DNA of 64,000 nucleotides from Candidatus Coprovivens sp. (GTDB lineage Bacteria; Bacillota_I; Bacilli_A; RF39; UBA660): NCBI GenBank assembly GCA_051892935.1, contig JBJFGS010000024.1, positions 87,181 to 151,180 of the forward strand, read 5' to 3'. Shown piece by piece: positions 61,908 to 64,000 of this stretch (position 1 is its first letter; each line of letters starts with the position of its first letter). The notes under the pieces were generated by a model. It saw only the letters and a program-made list of their open reading frames with translations, ran no database searches and was not told where the DNA came from. The position numbers and the translations under genes were made by a program.

Positions 61908-62354
61908 TTAGAATGGTAGGTCGTCATCACTTAAAGCTACTTCACTGCCAAAATCTTTAAATGGATCTTCTGAAATATCAGTTGTAGCTATATCGCTTCC
62001 TGCACCTACATAATTATTTTCGCCTGCAGATTGTGCGCCACTTCTTCCTAAGAATGTAACGTTGTCTGCAATAATTTCAGTTACGTATCTTTTTGTTCCG
62101 TCTTGTGCGTCATAACTTCTAGTTTGGATTCTTCCTTCAACAGCTACTTGTGTACCTTTAGTACAATATTTTGCAATATTTTCTGCTTGTTTTCTCCAAG
62201 CAACGCAATTTATAAAGTCAGTTTCTCTTTCGCCATTTTGGTTAGCATAATTACGAGATACTGCTACTGTAAATGAAGTTGAATTTATTCCACTTCCAGT
62301 TGTACGCATTTCTGGATCTCTAGTTAATCTTCCGATTATAATCGCTTTGTTCAT
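61908..62354 (-). CDS. ssb: Single-stranded DNA-binding protein
   Basis: GRLTRDPE, DFINCVAW, C-terminal DDDLPF. Confidence 0.99.
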   Translation of the reverse strand: MNKAIIIGRLTRDPEMRTTGSGINSTSFTVAVSRNYANQNGERETDFINCVAWRKQAENIAKYCTKGTQVAVEGRIQTRSYDAQDGTKRYVTEIIADNVTFLGRSGAQSAGENNYVGAGSDIATTDISEDPFKDFGSEVALSDDDLPF

Positions 62355-62362
62355 AACTTATC

Positions 62363-62653
62363 TTACTCCTCATCTAATTTAATAATTAAATGTCTTAATA
62401 CGTTTTCATCAAGTCTAGCTTTACGATTAATTTCTGCTTCGATATCTTTATTAGCTTCGAATTGCATTAAGAAATAATAACCGTTTAGTTCTTTCTTGAT
62501 AGGATAAGCTAATTTTTTTTCGCCTAGTTCTTTGTACTCAACTACATTACCTTTTAAGTCAGTAACAAGTTTTTTAACACTTTCAGCAGTAGCTTTTACA
62601 TTTTCGCTATCCATAGTTGCTTTTACGATAAACATCATTTCATATTTGTTCAT
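62363..62653 (-). CDS. rpsF: 30S ribosomal protein S6
   Basis: KYEMMFI, LAYPIKK, VLRHLI. Confidence 0.98.
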   Translation of the reverse strand: MNKYEMMFIVKATMDSENVKATAESVKKLVTDLKGNVVEYKELGEKKLAYPIKKELNGYYFLMQFEANKDIEAEINRKARLDENVLRHLIIKLDEE

Positions 62654-62658
62654 TTGTT

Positions 62659-62712
62659 ACACCTCCTTATGGTCTTTGTCGGCTTTATATCTAGTATAAA
62701 GCAAGGAGTAAA
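62659..62712 (-). promoter_or_regulatory. S6:S18 ribosomal leader RNA
   Basis: Minus strand ctccttgc-hairpin-ccg...agacc..aaggagg: anti-SD stem, CCG bulge and SD arranged as in the known S6:S18-binding leader. Confidence 0.8.
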
Positions 62713-62781
62713 TTTCTTACTCGTTTCATATTTTAGCATAATTGTGGTTTATTGTAAATAATAAAAAATGAGGATTAATCC

Positions 62782-63888
62782 TTATTTAGTTACATTGAAT
62801 CGGAAATAACAAATATCTCCATCTTTCATTAGATATTCTTTACCTTCTAATCGAAGTTTCCCAGCTTCTTGAACAGCTTTTTCACTTCCTAGAGAAGACA
62901 AATCTTCATATGACATTATTTCGGCTTTTATAAAACCTTTTTGGAAGTCTGTATGTATTATACCAGCACATTCAGGAGCTTTCATACCATTTTTAAATGT
63001 CCACGCACGACACTCATCTTCACCAGATGTAAAGAATGTTTTTAGACCTAATAAGTCGTATGTTGCTTTTATTAGTTGGTCTAAACCTGATGAATTTAAT
63101 CCTAAATCTTCCATAAAAGCTTTTCTTTCTTCATCTTCATATTCAGATAATTCACTTTCTAACTTTGCACACATTACAATTACTTTAGATCCTTCTTTAT
63201 CAGCATATTCTTGAACTTTTTTTGTATATTCATTATGACCTGTTATAGCGTCTTCATCATTTACGTTAGCTGCATATATAATCTTTTTTAGTGTTATGAA
63301 ATTGAATCCTGATATGCTTACTAACTCATCTTCTGTATAGTCGATATTACGTAATGCTGTTCCGGATTCTAAAGCATCTTTGGATTTGCGTAATGCAGTT
63401 AGTTCAAGCACTGTATCTTTGTCTTTTGTTGTTTCAGCTTTCTTTTCTATTTTAGATATTCTATTTTCAACTATTTCCAAGTCTGCTAAAATCAACTCTG
63501 TGTTGATTATTTCAATATCTCTTATTGGATCTATCTTTCCTTCAACATGGGTTATTTCTCCATCTTCAAAACATCTTACTACTTCAACTATAGCATCTAC
63601 TTCTCTAATATGAGATAAAAATTTATTACCTAGTCCTTCTCCTTTAGATGCTCCTTTTACTAAACCAGCTATATCTGTAAACTCAAAAGTAGTTGGTACT
63701 AATTTTTTTGGTTTATACATTTCATTTAATTTATCTAAACGATAGTCAGGGACTGTAACTACTCCAACATTTGGTTCTATTGTAGCAAACGGATAGTTAG
63801 CTGCTAATATGTTTTTCTTTGTTATGGCATTGAATAAAGTTGATTTTCCTACATTTGGTAATCCTACAATACCAGCTTTTAATGACAT
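62782..63888 (-). CDS. ychF: Redox-regulated ATPase YchF
   Basis: GIVGLPNVGKST, ANYPFATIEPN, DIAGLV, IHTDF; start adjusted to MSLKAG. Confidence 0.98.
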   Translation of the reverse strand: MSLKAGIVGLPNVGKSTLFNAITKKNILAANYPFATIEPNVGVVTVPDYRLDKLNEMYKPKKLVPTTFEFTDIAGLVKGASKGEGLGNKFLSHIREVDAIVEVVRCFEDGEITHVEGKIDPIRDIEIINTELILADLEIVENRISKIEKKAETTKDKDTVLELTALRKSKDALESGTALRNIDYTEDELVSISGFNFITLKKIIYAANVNDEDAITGHNEYTKKVQEYADKEGSKVIVMCAKLESELSEYEDEERKAFMEDLGLNSSGLDQLIKATYDLLGLKTFFTSGEDECRAWTFKNGMKAPECAGIIHTDFQKGFIKAEIMSYEDLSSLGSEKAVQEAGKLRLEGKEYLMKDGDICYFRFNVTK

Positions 63889-63920
63889 TTTAATACACCT
63901 CAATTCAGTCAATATTATAT

Positions 63921-63951
63921 AAAAAAACAATTGAATGTTCAATTGTTTTTT
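63921..63951. terminator. Intrinsic terminator-like hairpin upstream of ychF
   Basis: aaaaaacaattgaa-tg-ttcaattgtttttt. Confidence 0.6.
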
Positions 63952-64000
63952 CAGAGTGTAGACAAACCCCTAGATTTTTCTAGAGGTTTTCTTATGAATA

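Overview
This is a low-GC Firmicutes (Bacillota) chromosomal window using the standard genetic code; gene content suggests a reduced-genome, spore-gene-bearing Bacilli lineage such as RF39 (inference). Bases 1-36.7 kb are core genome: the S10-spc-alpha ribosomal superoperon without rpmD and map, gap-pgk-tpiA, a spo0A-like gene, a catalytically eroded gpmI, yvcK-whiA, ftsEX with an M23 hydrolase, gerQ, lemA, ung, rlmH, walJ, the replicative helicase and rplI. The window ends with ychF-rpsF-ssb-rpsR. Between rpsR and rplI lies about 25 kb of accessory DNA. Its centre is a minimal type VII secretion cassette: essC, an esaB/yukD-like gene, two paralogous double-length WXG100-like genes, four small unknown genes, and a 2397-aa multi-domain effector with an Ser/Thr-rich stalk, a hydrophobic region, an HD domain and a C-terminal papain-like protease. 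The cassette is bracketed by a ~95-bp direct repeat containing a terminator, a promoter and an RBS. The second repeat copy drives a 36-codon essC remnant joined to a toxin-like tail and an orphan immunity gene, which looks like the scar of a second, collapsed cassette. The island also carries a zeta-toxin-like kinase, an IS3-like remnant, two glycosyltransferases, murD-murC and a loop-less CCA-family nucleotidyltransferase. All calls come from manual reading of motifs; no database search was run.
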